Of a stretch of 64,000 nucleotides of DNA, positions 26,133 to 35,334 are shown in pieces. The notes under the pieces are model-generated. The model searched no databases and had not been told where the DNA came from. It saw only the letters and a list, made by a program, of their open reading frames with translations. Source of the DNA: an uncultured Pseudomonadales bacterium (GTDB lineage: Bacteria > Patescibacteriota > Microgenomatia > UBA1400 > PJMF01). The position numbers were made by a program, and so were the translations under genes. The DNA is taken from positions 22,685 through 86,684 of the forward strand of contig CAYOIJ010000001.1 in the NCBI GenBank assembly GCA_964404025.1, in the 5' to 3' direction. How positions within the stretch are numbered: position 1 is the stretch's first letter; each line of letters begins with the position of its first letter.

Positions 26133-27959
26133 ATGCTTTTTAATCGATTAACCCAATATTTGCTCAATTTAGAAAAACTTAGTTCTCGTCTGGAAATGAC
26201 AGAATTATTAGCTGAAGTTTTTAAAGAGCTTGGTGAAGAAGAAATCGCGCCAGCTAGTTATTTATTGCAAGGAGGTTTGGTCCCTAGCTATCAATCTCTA
26301 GAGTTTCAATTATCCAATAAAATGTTGGTGCGCTCTCTAGCCAATTTTTATCTTCGTTATGAAAATTCTCTAAAAGATAAAGGTCGAGAGCTATTTTCAG
26401 AGCAAAATTTGTTTGGCGCTGACAATCAAGAGCTAATTGTTAAGAGGTTAAACAAACAATACAAAGAAATGGGTGACTTGGGAGATTTGTTTTATCAAAC
26501 ATTAGATAATTTTTCAGAATTACTAAATAATGATAAAAATTTAAATATTTTGGAAGTTCATCAAAAACTAGAAGATATTGCCAGGGTTGGAGGACTAGGT
26601 TCTCAGGATAAAAAAATCAATCTTTTGGCTGATTTATTAAGTCAGGTTAGTCCCTTATCAGGTAAGTTTATAGCGCGGATTATTTTGGGGAAAATGCGTT
26701 TGGGTTTTTCTACTATGACCATGTTGGACGCATTGTCATGGGTAAAAACAGGGGACAAAAGTGAGTCTCCGGCTTTGGAGGAAGCTTTTCAAAAAAAAGC
26801 TGATTTTGGTTTGTTGGCAAAACTATATCTTTTTGAAAAAGATCTTAATGCTAAAGAATTAGCCAGTCGTTACAAAATGGAGCTGGGCATTCCAGTAGTG
26901 CCAGCACTATGCCAAAGACTGAATAGTTCTCAAGAAATTATTGATAAAATGGGTGAACTTATAGCTGAACCAAAATATGATGGTTTACGTATCCAAATCC
27001 ATCTCAATAAAGCTGGCTTTGCTGATGGTAGCCGATATAAAGCTTATACTCGCAATTTAGAAGAAGTATCAGCGATGTTTCCAGAATTAGATCAATTATT
27101 GGAAGAATTTCAGGGTGAAACAGCTATTTTAGATAGTGAGGCTGTCGGTATTAATCCTGATTCTGGGAAGTTTGTTGCTTTTCAAGAAACCATTTCTCGT
27201 AAACGTAAATATGAAGTTGATGCTAAAGCCTTGGAGTTACCCATTCGCTTTTATGTTTTTGATTTATTGTATTTGAATGATGAGTCTCTAATTGATGAGC
27301 AACTACTTGATCGTAAAAAAAAGCTCAGCAAGGCAATTAATGACTCACAAGTGGTTAAAATAACTGATTACCAAATTATCAGTGATCCAATTGTTTTAAC
27401 TAATTATCATGAAAAACAATTAGACCTTGGTTTAGAGGGCGCAGTAATGAAAAAACCAGAATCTGCTTATGTGGCTGGTCGTAAAGGTTGGCGTTGGGTA
27501 AAAATCAAGGAAGCTGAGGGTAAACGAGGTAAATTAAATGATACTCTTGACTGCATTATGATGGGTTATTATCGAGGCAAAGGTAAGAGACAAAGCTTTG
27601 GTATTGGGGCGCTGTTAGTTGGTGTTTTAGATGAAGTCAGTGGCAAAATTAAAACTTTATCTAAGATTGGTACTGGTTTAACTGATGAGCAATTTCGCAA
27701 AGTTAAGAATTTGGCAGATCAGCACTTGACCAGCAATCATGAGCCTAACTCAAAATATGATTTTAAAAAAGAATTGGCAGCTGATGTGTGGATTGAGCCA
27801 AAATTAGTCTTGGAAATTGCAGCTGATGAAATTTCCAAATCTCCGAGCCATACTGCTACGGTGGCCCTGCGCTTCCCTCGTTTGATAAAAATTAGGGGCG
27901 ACAAGGATTGGCAACAAGCAACTACCCTTCAGGAATTAAAAAATATTAGTCAGGCTTAA
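26133..27959 (+). CDS. lig: ATP-dependent DNA ligase (Lig1-like, with N-terminal DNA-binding domain)
   Basis: Motif I AEPKYDGLRIQIH (KxDGxR). LDSEAVGI (motif III). EGAVMKK (motif IV). RKGWRWVKIK (motif V). 608 aa. Confidence 0.8.
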   Translation: MLFNRLTQYLLNLEKLSSRLEMTELLAEVFKELGEEEIAPASYLLQGGLVPSYQSLEFQLSNKMLVRSLANFYLRYENSLKDKGRELFSEQNLFGADNQELIVKRLNKQYKEMGDLGDLFYQTLDNFSELLNNDKNLNILEVHQKLEDIARVGGLGSQDKKINLLADLLSQVSPLSGKFIARIILGKMRLGFSTMTMLDALSWVKTGDKSESPALEEAFQKKADFGLLAKLYLFEKDLNAKELASRYKMELGIPVVPALCQRLNSSQEIIDKMGELIAEPKYDGLRIQIHLNKAGFADGSRYKAYTRNLEEVSAMFPELDQLLEEFQGETAILDSEAVGINPDSGKFVAFQETISRKRKYEVDAKALELPIRFYVFDLLYLNDESLIDEQLLDRKKKLSKAINDSQVVKITDYQIISDPIVLTNYHEKQLDLGLEGAVMKKPESAYVAGRKGWRWVKIKEAEGKRGKLNDTLDCIMMGYYRGKGKRQSFGIGALLVGVLDEVSGKIKTLSKIGTGLTDEQFRKVKNLADQHLTSNHEPNSKYDFKKELAADVWIEPKLVLEIAADEISKSPSHTATVALRFPRLIKIRGDKDWQQATTLQELKNISQA

Positions 27960-29106
27960 TAGTTTTTGTATTTTCGTTAAGTTTATTTTTATTGAGATAT
28001 TGATCAATTTCTTTAATTAAGATATTTGCTGATTTTTGATTGTATTCTTTAAGTTTTTTTAGACTTATTTGGAATTTTTCAAGTTTTTGAGGTTTATCAA
28101 TGAGGTTTAGTAGTTTTTGATTAGCTGCTTTGGCTTTTTCTTCTACAAAGCCCAGTTTATATTCCTTAATAATTTCTAAATTACCAGCCTCTTGAGCAAT
28201 GTGGGTGATGGCAAAAAATGGAGTAAGAGTTGCCACACTTTCAAATAGGCTATTGGGGCCAGCTTTACCAATAATTAAATCGGCTACTTGCATGTAAAGA
28301 TGCAAGTCTTTGGTAAAAGTCAAAGGTGTTATAAGAGCTTTGGACTGACTAAACATGTTTAAACTTTTTTTAATACCTAAAATATTGTTGTAAAGACTAC
28401 GATTATTACCACAAGCAATAAAAACCCTTACAGGTTTGGGGCAATTAATGAGTGCAGCTAAAACTTTCAATATGGCTGCTGAACCATCGGAGCCTGAAGC
28501 GATTAAAAAAACCAAATTCTCTTTAATTTTTAATTTTTTTCTCACTTCTTTTTTTTGATAATTTTCTTCGAATTTTTTACCAATAAACCAACCAGAGGCT
28601 TTCGCCTGACAGAGTTTTTGATATTCTGCTAAATTTTTGTTTTCAAAAAAGAAATTAGCTTCAGCCTCATGAGCAATTTGCCAAGGATGAATAGTTCGTG
28701 GATCAGTAATGATATTAAGAAATGGAATATTCTTATTTTTTTTAATTTTTTCGAGAGCGGGGATGAAGGGAAAATAACAATTGACTGCTAAATCGATCTT
28801 TTTATCCTTAACAAAACGATTGGTTGGCTCATAAGTGTATTGAAAAAAGATATTAAAAATTAGTTTGCTTAGTTCTGCATCTTTTTCTATTGCTTTTACG
28901 GATAAATCATAGGGTAGTTTTAAGATGCTCGGTGCCAAGCGATAAAGAGATTCGTAAGCTGTTTCAAAAATTTGTTTGATATAAAATATCTCTACTCTAT
29001 ATCGATCTCCCGCTTGGTGCTCAATTTTTTCTTTAATTGCTTCAGCAATGCTTTGATGACCTTGTTTGGTGCTGAAAATACCAATGTTTTTTTTCATCTC
29101 TTGCAT
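27946..29106 (-). CDS. MGDG-synthase/UgtP-like diacylglycerol glycosyltransferase (GT28 family)
   Basis: N-terminal IGIFSTKQGHQSIAEAIKEKIE and NIITDPRTIHPWQIAHEA parallel B. subtilis UgtP (NYGNGH...TDFCLHKIWVH). C-terminal GT-B half. Confidence 0.55.
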   Translation of the reverse strand: MQEMKKNIGIFSTKQGHQSIAEAIKEKIEHQAGDRYRVEIFYIKQIFETAYESLYRLAPSILKLPYDLSVKAIEKDAELSKLIFNIFFQYTYEPTNRFVKDKKIDLAVNCYFPFIPALEKIKKNKNIPFLNIITDPRTIHPWQIAHEAEANFFFENKNLAEYQKLCQAKASGWFIGKKFEENYQKKEVRKKLKIKENLVFLIASGSDGSAAILKVLAALINCPKPVRVFIACGNNRSLYNNILGIKKSLNMFSQSKALITPLTFTKDLHLYMQVADLIIGKAGPNSLFESVATLTPFFAITHIAQEAGNLEIIKEYKLGFVEEKAKAANQKLLNLIDKPQKLEKFQISLKKLKEYNQKSANILIKEIDQYLNKNKLNENTKTIKPD

Positions 29107-29153
29107 TATAACTGTAAAAACTTTAAAAGGGATAAAATGTTAGAATAGAGCTT

Positions 29154-29687
29154 ATGAAGATTTATGTGGGATTAGGTAATCCTGGGGAAAAATACCAAAA
29201 AACTCGTCACAATGCAGGCTTTATGTTTGTTGATACTATGGCTGAGGAGTTGGGCTTATCTTTTAAATTTGAAAAAAAATTTAACTCAGCATTAGCTGTA
29301 AAAAGAGATGATCTTTTTTTACTTAAGCCTCAAACTTTTATGAATAATTCTGGTCAGGCCCTAGGGGCGTTTTTAAATTATTTAAAAATTGACCTTAAAG
29401 ATTCACTTTCTGGTCCGGAAGATCTAGTTGTAGTTCATGATGACTTAGACTTAGCTTTAGGCACCTTTAAGTTGCAAAAAGCAGTTGGGCCTAAGGAACA
29501 CAATGGCTTACAATCAATCTATCAACATCTGGGAACTAAAGATTTCTGGCATTTGCGCTTGGGCGTGGACTCTAGACAAGGCCTGAGAAATATTCCTCCG
29601 GCAGACTATGTCTTGCAAACTATGCCACAACCTGAGCGTCAAATTTTTTATAAAACAGTAAAAGTGCTTTTGCAGGATTTGCTCTAG
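29154..29687 (+). CDS. pth: Peptidyl-tRNA hydrolase
   Basis: MKIYVGLGNPGEKYQKTRHNAGFMFVD signature. 177 aa. Confidence 0.9.
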   Translation: MKIYVGLGNPGEKYQKTRHNAGFMFVDTMAEELGLSFKFEKKFNSALAVKRDDLFLLKPQTFMNNSGQALGAFLNYLKIDLKDSLSGPEDLVVVHDDLDLALGTFKLQKAVGPKEHNGLQSIYQHLGTKDFWHLRLGVDSRQGLRNIPPADYVLQTMPQPERQIFYKTVKVLLQDLL

Positions 29688-29708
29688 CTAGATTATACTT
29701 AACTATCG

Positions 29709-30941
29709 ATGAAGCTGCCCAAGTTATCTTTCCAGAAAAACCAGAACTTAAAACATCTTTATGTAATTCGTTTATTTCGTGAATTAGTCAATAAATTGGT
29801 AATGTTTTTTTTACCAATTTACTTTTTTAATTTACACTTACCTTTTTGGGATCAAATTAATTGGGCTTTAAATCAGCGTGGACAGAATGTATTAACTGCT
29901 TTGCAGATAGGTATTTTTAATATAGCCATTTTGCACCTTCTCTCACGTCTAGTAGCTTTTATCTCTGCTATTTGGGTAGCTCAGCAGACTATTAAGTTGG
30001 GAACTAAACACGCCTTTATTATGGGGCATATTTCATATGCCTTGTTTGTAGCTTTTTTATTTTTATCACAAAGCAATCCTTATTGGATATTTTTGGCAGT
30101 AATGATAGATGGTTTTCAAATAAATTATTTTTGGAATAGTTATCATTATTCTTTGAGTCGCAACAGTAATCATCACAAAATGGGTAGTAATTTAGGTATT
30201 ATTAATTTTTTACTTAATCTAGTGACAATGATTTCGCCAGCCATAGGAGGCTTGGTAATTTCTGTTTTGGGATACGGGAATTTATTTTTAATGGGTTTAC
30301 TATTGATCGGGGTGGGTTTGATTTTTACAATTTTATTGGACAACGTTAAAGTGAGAGATAAAATTTCTTGGGAGGAGTTCGCTTCTTGGATGAGTGAACC
30401 GGGCTTTAGACGCTTGGGTTTAACATTTGCTGGTCGTTATTTTAATGATGGGATGTTAAGTCTTTGGCCACTGTATATTTTTATTTTGTTAGGTACGAGC
30501 GCTAAAGTGGGCTCTCTGTATAGTTTTTCTTTATTAGTGGCAATGGGTATTAGTTACTTGGTTGGATCAGTAATAGATAAGCGTAAAAGTCGCAAACCCT
30601 TCATGATGTCAGCCAGTGTTTTATCCTTTTTTTGGATAATTAGGTCTTTCGTAGTGGGTTTTTGGTCAATTGTGATTGTTAATACCCTAGATCGTGTGGC
30701 GTCTAGCTTTCATTGGTTATTTTTTGATCGAGTGTGGATGGTGAGGGGCAAGGGTCGAGAAGGTCTTTCTTATTTTACTTATCGACAAATGATTAGTAGT
30801 GTGGCTGCAATTGTGTTTTGGTCTCTGGTTTTCTTCTTGTTTTATTTTTTTGGCAATGCCTGGACCAGTTTATTTGTGATAGCTGCAGTTGGTGTTCTAT
30901 TAACTTTGCTGGTCAAAGAGCATCAAGACCCTAAGTTTTAG
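29709..30941 (+). CDS. Polytopic membrane protein, possibly an MFS-type transporter
   Basis: About 10-12 predicted TM helices. No diagnostic motif beyond topology. Confidence 0.4.
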   Translation: MKLPKLSFQKNQNLKHLYVIRLFRELVNKLVMFFLPIYFFNLHLPFWDQINWALNQRGQNVLTALQIGIFNIAILHLLSRLVAFISAIWVAQQTIKLGTKHAFIMGHISYALFVAFLFLSQSNPYWIFLAVMIDGFQINYFWNSYHYSLSRNSNHHKMGSNLGIINFLLNLVTMISPAIGGLVISVLGYGNLFLMGLLLIGVGLIFTILLDNVKVRDKISWEEFASWMSEPGFRRLGLTFAGRYFNDGMLSLWPLYIFILLGTSAKVGSLYSFSLLVAMGISYLVGSVIDKRKSRKPFMMSASVLSFFWIIRSFVVGFWSIVIVNTLDRVASSFHWLFFDRVWMVRGKGREGLSYFTYRQMISSVAAIVFWSLVFFLFYFFGNAWTSLFVIAAVGVLLTLLVKEHQDPKF

Positions 30942-30953
30942 TTTAATCTTTAA

Positions 30954-32054
30954 TCAGTGTTGACGAGAACGAGCAAAATCTAAAATTTCCAGAAGCAGTT
31001 CTTGTAAATTTTTATTTTTCAACTGATTAATTAGGGTCTGCGCTTCCAGATTTAATTGATCCAAGAGTTGATTGACTTGTTTTAAGCTGTGGTTTTCAAA
31101 TAATTTTTGAATGGCTGAATATTGATTTTCTTTAATATTTTGTTTGGCAAAACAGTTGTTTAGTAATTCTCTTTCTTGTTTTCTGAGAGTTTTGTCTTTA
31201 ACCAGATAATAGTAAAAAATAGTTTTTTTGCCTTCTTTTACATCAGATAGGATTGGTTTGCCAGTCTTTTGATTATTGCCAAAAATGCCTAGATAATCGT
31301 CTCTAATTTGAAAGATAAGACCGATTTTTTCTCCAATTTCACTAAGTTGATTGCTGTCCTTAAATTTATTGGCGAGTTTTGCGGCGAGTATTAGGGGTAG
31401 AGAAAAACTGTAGCGAGCAGTTTTGTACAGATTCATTTCTAAGATTTGTTCCAGCGAAGGTAATGTTTCTTGCATTGCTAACTGACTATCAAGCATTTCA
31501 GCCAAAATTACTTGGCTAATTTCTCGATTAATCAAATTCTGAATGCCTAAAAACTGCTCTCTATTTAGTTTAATTTGTGAGTCTGAATTATTAGTGCTTT
31601 CCAAGACTAATTGATTGGCTAGAAAAAAACATATATTGCCTAAGCAAATTGCTTGGCTTTTTCCATAGTGTTGGTTTGGAGTTTGGTTTTGTTTAGAGTA
31701 ATATTGCCAGATAGAATCTTGTCCTCTTCGCTGCTGATCTTGATCAATAATATCATCATGAATCAACAATCCAGCCTGAATTAATTCAAGGGCGCTAGCC
31801 AAGGGCAATAAAATCTCTTCAAAGATTTTTTCTCTTTTTTGTGGTTCAAATATTTCATAAGCGAGGATGAACAAATTAGCTCTTGTCATTTTACCCAGCA
31901 CTACAAAGTTTTTTAGAGTTTCGAAGACATCATCATCCAAGCTTATTTTTTTTAATGCCTGTTTTTCTTGATCTAAAGATTTTTGAAGATAGTTGCTAAT
32001 ACTCGTTCTATATTTACTTAAAATGGACATCGATTTAGTCATGTTAAGTATCAT
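30954..32054 (-). CDS. Polyprenyl diphosphate synthase (trans-isoprenyl diphosphate synthase, FPP/GGPP-synthase family)
   Basis: First DDxxD LLIHDDIIDQDQQRRG. Second DDxxD FQIRDDYLGIFG. 366 aa. Confidence 0.85.
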   Translation of the reverse strand: MILNMTKSMSILSKYRTSISNYLQKSLDQEKQALKKISLDDDVFETLKNFVVLGKMTRANLFILAYEIFEPQKREKIFEEILLPLASALELIQAGLLIHDDIIDQDQQRRGQDSIWQYYSKQNQTPNQHYGKSQAICLGNICFFLANQLVLESTNNSDSQIKLNREQFLGIQNLINREISQVILAEMLDSQLAMQETLPSLEQILEMNLYKTARYSFSLPLILAAKLANKFKDSNQLSEIGEKIGLIFQIRDDYLGIFGNNQKTGKPILSDVKEGKKTIFYYYLVKDKTLRKQERELLNNCFAKQNIKENQYSAIQKLFENHSLKQVNQLLDQLNLEAQTLINQLKNKNLQELLLEILDFARSRQH

Positions 32055-32119
32055 ACTATGAAATTGCTAATTAAGTAATTTTGCGTGATTTCTTGAAAAA
32101 ATCCGACTAATAAATTGTT

Positions 32120-33016
32120 ATGGAGGTTCCAAGACATTGGCGTTTACAAAAAACTCGTTATGGCAATGGGGAGGGAGAGCTAAAATTTGCTGTCTGTCCA
32201 GTTTGTGGTGAAAAAATATTTCCACCAAACCGACCAATTTGCACTCGTTGCAGTTCTTCAATGACGGAGAACATTGTTTTTCAATCAGATGCTGTAGGAG
32301 TGGGCGCTTTAACCTTTGTAGCTACAGAAAAAGGGTTAAAGCTTCTATTTTTTGACGATGTTGATAGTAACCATTCAGATGATGAAAGTAGAAAAAAAGA
32401 AAGAATTATTTATCCTGAAAATCAAAATAAACTTGGCCAGAACCTAGCAGTTCAACGTCGGCTTAATAAGCAAGAAGATGTTTTTACTAGGCCAACTGGT
32501 ATCAACACGGTCACTGGTAGGGTAGAAAATGAGTCAGAACTCTTATTAGATTTTCTAGACGATAATGAAGACCTTGAGTCTTTAAGTTTTAAACAATTGC
32601 CACCAGCTTTTGTTAATGCTTTGTTTTTCAGCATGTTGCGAGAAATTGAAGAAGAAGTGCCGGGTCTATCATCGGCTGATTTAAGAGATAAGGTGCATTT
32701 TTTCTCTAAGTCTTCTTTTAGAATTGAACAAATTAGACCACTTGAAGGTTCTAATCAAGAGTTAGCACTTTATAATTTTGTAGTTTTTGTTTTAGCAATT
32801 TTAATTAATGAAGAAGAGTTAGCAAAAATTAAAAGGGAGGGCTGGCGACTTTATTCTCCAAAGGAATTATCAAGCATGGATAAAAAAGAATTTCGAAAAG
32901 CGACTTTGGCGGTTTTAGACTTTTTACCAGCAGCTTTATTATTTTTGGCAGAAGAAGGTAAAATTCCTCAAGAAGAGTTGGCAAGATTATTACCCCAACA
33001 AGTAGAAATTAATTAG
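32120..33016 (+). CDS. Zinc-ribbon protein (CPVC...CTRC), possibly with a DUF35-like N-terminus, and an acidic C-terminal region. Function unknown
   Basis: N-terminal ELKFAVCPVCGEKIFPPNRPICTRCSS, then SDAVGVGALTFVATE, resembling the Zn-ribbon plus OB start of DUF35 proteins. The remaining 200 aa are unassigned. Confidence 0.45.
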   Translation: MEVPRHWRLQKTRYGNGEGELKFAVCPVCGEKIFPPNRPICTRCSSSMTENIVFQSDAVGVGALTFVATEKGLKLLFFDDVDSNHSDDESRKKERIIYPENQNKLGQNLAVQRRLNKQEDVFTRPTGINTVTGRVENESELLLDFLDDNEDLESLSFKQLPPAFVNALFFSMLREIEEEVPGLSSADLRDKVHFFSKSSFRIEQIRPLEGSNQELALYNFVVFVLAILINEEELAKIKREGWRLYSPKELSSMDKKEFRKATLAVLDFLPAALLFLAEEGKIPQEELARLLPQQVEIN

Positions 33017-33025
33017 AAAATATAA

Positions 33026-33826
33026 ATGAAAAAAAATCTTACTTTAATTAAGCTCGGTGGTTCAATTATTACTGATAAAGAAATTCCTATGTCTTTGAGA
33101 GGATCAATTCTTAAGCGCTTGGTCGGTGAAATTGCTAGCGCTAGACAAGAAAAACCTGATCAATTACTAATAATTGGTCATGGTCAGGGTAGTTTTGCCC
33201 ATGTTCCAGCTAGTCAATATAAAACAATGGCTGGATTTATCAATGATGAAAGTGTTTTGGGGATGGCTATTGTTCAAGATAGTGCTGCTTCACTCAATCG
33301 TTTAGTTGTTCATGAGTTTTTAAAACACGAGTTAGCAGCGGTTTCTTTTTATGCTAGCAATACAATTGTTACGAAAAAAAGAAAATTATTGAATTTTTGT
33401 GCTGATGCTATCGATCAATATTTACAAAAAGGCTTATTGCCAATTACTTGTGGAGACGTCTTAGTTGACAGTGACCAGGGTTGCACGATCTGGTCAACAG
33501 AAAAAATCTTAGCTTTTTTAGCTGATTATTTTTTAGAAAAAGGAATGCAAGTGAACAAGATTATCCATGTAACAGAAGTAGCTGGTTTTTTAGATAAACA
33601 AGGCCAGCTTGTACCAGAAATTACAGCCAGTACTTGGCCTCAAATCAGTAAAGATTTACGCCATACTAGAGGTTTTGATGTGACTGGGGGCATGGGTTTA
33701 AAAATTGAGAAGTCGCTGGATTTAGCAAAAAAAGGGATTGAGTCAGTAATAATTTCTGGAATGATGAAAGACAATTTATTTTGGGCACTCAGTGGTCAAG
33801 ACTGTGTTGGTACTACTATTCATTAA
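33026..33826 (+). CDS. ipk: Isopentenyl phosphate kinase (amino-acid-kinase fold), archaeal-type
   Basis: LTLIKLGGSIITDK, IIGHGQGSFAH and GFDVTGGMGLKI align with the archaeal IPK motifs ILKLGGS / HGGGAFGH / DVTGGM. Confidence 0.75.
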   Translation: MKKNLTLIKLGGSIITDKEIPMSLRGSILKRLVGEIASARQEKPDQLLIIGHGQGSFAHVPASQYKTMAGFINDESVLGMAIVQDSAASLNRLVVHEFLKHELAAVSFYASNTIVTKKRKLLNFCADAIDQYLQKGLLPITCGDVLVDSDQGCTIWSTEKILAFLADYFLEKGMQVNKIIHVTEVAGFLDKQGQLVPEITASTWPQISKDLRHTRGFDVTGGMGLKIEKSLDLAKKGIESVIISGMMKDNLFWALSGQDCVGTTIH

Positions 33827-34286
33827 TTGTTGTTTTATCTTCATCTAAACTAGATTTTTCTTTTTCTAAATTTTTTTCAACAGATTTCTGTTGCCAATCA
33901 TCTACCACTGCTTTGCAGTAAATATATTGACCATATTCAAAAGCTTTTTCACCAAGTTTCTTTTCTTCTAATTCGTTTGTTTGGATGGATTCTGAAACAA
34001 ATTCTTGAGCGACTTTTCCAGCTTCTAGAGCTTTTTGTGCACTTATTTTAATTTGTTCTCCTGCGTCACCACTTAATTTATTTAATTGTAAATTTAATTC
34101 TTCTTGATTTTGAAAAGAATTTATAAAATCTTGCCAATTCTGGATTTTGCCTGATTGAAACTTTTCAATTTGAGCTTGAAGTGGATGGTTTTTGAGCAAG
34201 CCTTTTTGGTAAGCAAATGCGCTTAAGGCCAATAAGATTAAAATAATAATCAATAATTTTATTAGTTTAATAATTAGTTTGATCAT
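33816..34286 (-). CDS. Hypothetical N-terminally membrane-anchored coiled-coil protein
   Basis: Hydrophobic N-terminus (IIKLIKLLIIILILLALSAFAY), then a polar, helix-prone region. 156 aa. Confidence 0.4.
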   Translation of the reverse strand: MIKLIIKLIKLLIIILILLALSAFAYQKGLLKNHPLQAQIEKFQSGKIQNWQDFINSFQNQEELNLQLNKLSGDAGEQIKISAQKALEAGKVAQEFVSESIQTNELEEKKLGEKAFEYGQYIYCKAVVDDWQQKSVEKNLEKEKSSLDEDKTTINE

Positions 34287-34290
34287 AGGG

Positions 34291-34364
34291 TGCGTGTGCT
34301 AGGACTTGAACCTAGAACCGCCAAGGTATAAGCTTGGTGCTCTAACCAATTGAGCTACACACGC
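34291..34364 (-). tRNA. tRNA with anticodon UAU. Ile-type, reading AUA, is inferred from the anticodon and D-arm only. 74 nt, with CC encoded after the discriminator A
   Basis: Hand-folded cloverleaf. Acceptor GCGTGTG/CACACGC is a perfect 7 bp. U8 A9. D-stem GCTC/GAGC with loop AATTGGTTA. Anticodon stem CCAAG/CTTGG with loop C-U-UAU-A-C. Variable loop CGGTT. T-arm CTAGG-TTCAAGT-CCTAG. Discriminator A. Confidence 0.8.
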
Positions 34365-34405
34365 GCTTGAAATGCATTATAGCAAAAAACCAAGGAAAAC
34401 TAACT

Positions 34406-35323
34406 TTACAAAAGTAGTAGTAGCAGTGCGCCAAAGCCAAGAACACCGAGTCCAGCTTTTAGGTAATTAAACCAATCGGCAAATCCTGATTCGGTTGGCA
34501 CAAGGGCTGGTCTCTCAATAACATTATTACCATCTGGCAAGCGACAGTTAACATCAGTTGGATTAACATCAAGACGACATAGTCCCTCATAACAAATGTG
34601 ACTGACATTGTCGCAGTCAGTATTTTCACTACAACTTTCATTACAACCAACAGTGGTAATTACTTGAGTTAAAACAGGAGTTGGCTCTTCTTTGGGAGGA
34701 GTAGTTACCGTAGTAGGTGTTGGAGTGGCAACTGGCTTATCGGTGGGAGTAGGTTCTGGAGTTTGAGTTGGGCTGGGAGTTCCTGTTGGTTCTGGAGTTG
34801 GAGTGAGTGTTAAAGATGGGGTTGGCGTGGTAGTTGGCTCAACACTAGGAGTGGGAGAGGGAGTAATGCTAATTGTTGGCTCCACACAGCAAGAGTCATA
34901 ATCACGCTGATTACGGCACTCATCAGTTTGTGAAGCTAAGCCACAAATACCAACTGCAATGGCCACTCCTTCATTTGGAGCGCCTTGTATACAAACATAA
35001 TCTTCTTGACAATCATTATCATCAGCGCAGCCACTTTCGGCACAGCTTAAGTTTAAAGGAACACTAAAGGTAGTGACACAAGATTCTTCTACAGGAATAT
35101 ATGCTTCTGGTTGAGATTGTGGGACGTTGGGAGCTACTGGTCCTGGTTCTAACTCTTGTTTGCGACTAATCAAAATAACACTAGCTGATCCCACGATAAA
35201 AAGTAGCAGAGTAAAAAACAATAGTACAGTTTTAAGTGGGTTTTTGCTCTTTTTTGTTTTAGAATCACCAGCACTCGGTGCTTTTGCATATTTGACTGGT
35301 TGGTAATTATTGTTTTTGTCCAT
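34406..35323 (-). CDS. Cys-rich, Thr/Pro-linker surface protein, paralog A. N-terminal signal-anchor and a shared C-terminal domain ending in a hydrophobic tail
   Basis: N-terminal basic region plus TM. Many Cys. PT-rich linker (TPSPTPSVEPTTTPTPS...). The roughly 95-aa C-terminal domain VITTVGCNESCSENTDCDNVSHICYEGLCRLDVNPTDVNCRLPDG...VPTESGFADWFNYLKAGLGVLGFGALLLLLL is near-identical to paralog C. Confidence 0.6.
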   Translation of the reverse strand: MDKNNNYQPVKYAKAPSAGDSKTKKSKNPLKTVLLFFTLLLFIVGSASVILISRKQELEPGPVAPNVPQSQPEAYIPVEESCVTTFSVPLNLSCAESGCADDNDCQEDYVCIQGAPNEGVAIAVGICGLASQTDECRNQRDYDSCCVEPTISITPSPTPSVEPTTTPTPSLTLTPTPEPTGTPSPTQTPEPTPTDKPVATPTPTTVTTPPKEEPTPVLTQVITTVGCNESCSENTDCDNVSHICYEGLCRLDVNPTDVNCRLPDGNNVIERPALVPTESGFADWFNYLKAGLGVLGFGALLLLLL

Positions 35324-35334
35324 TTTCTTATTTT

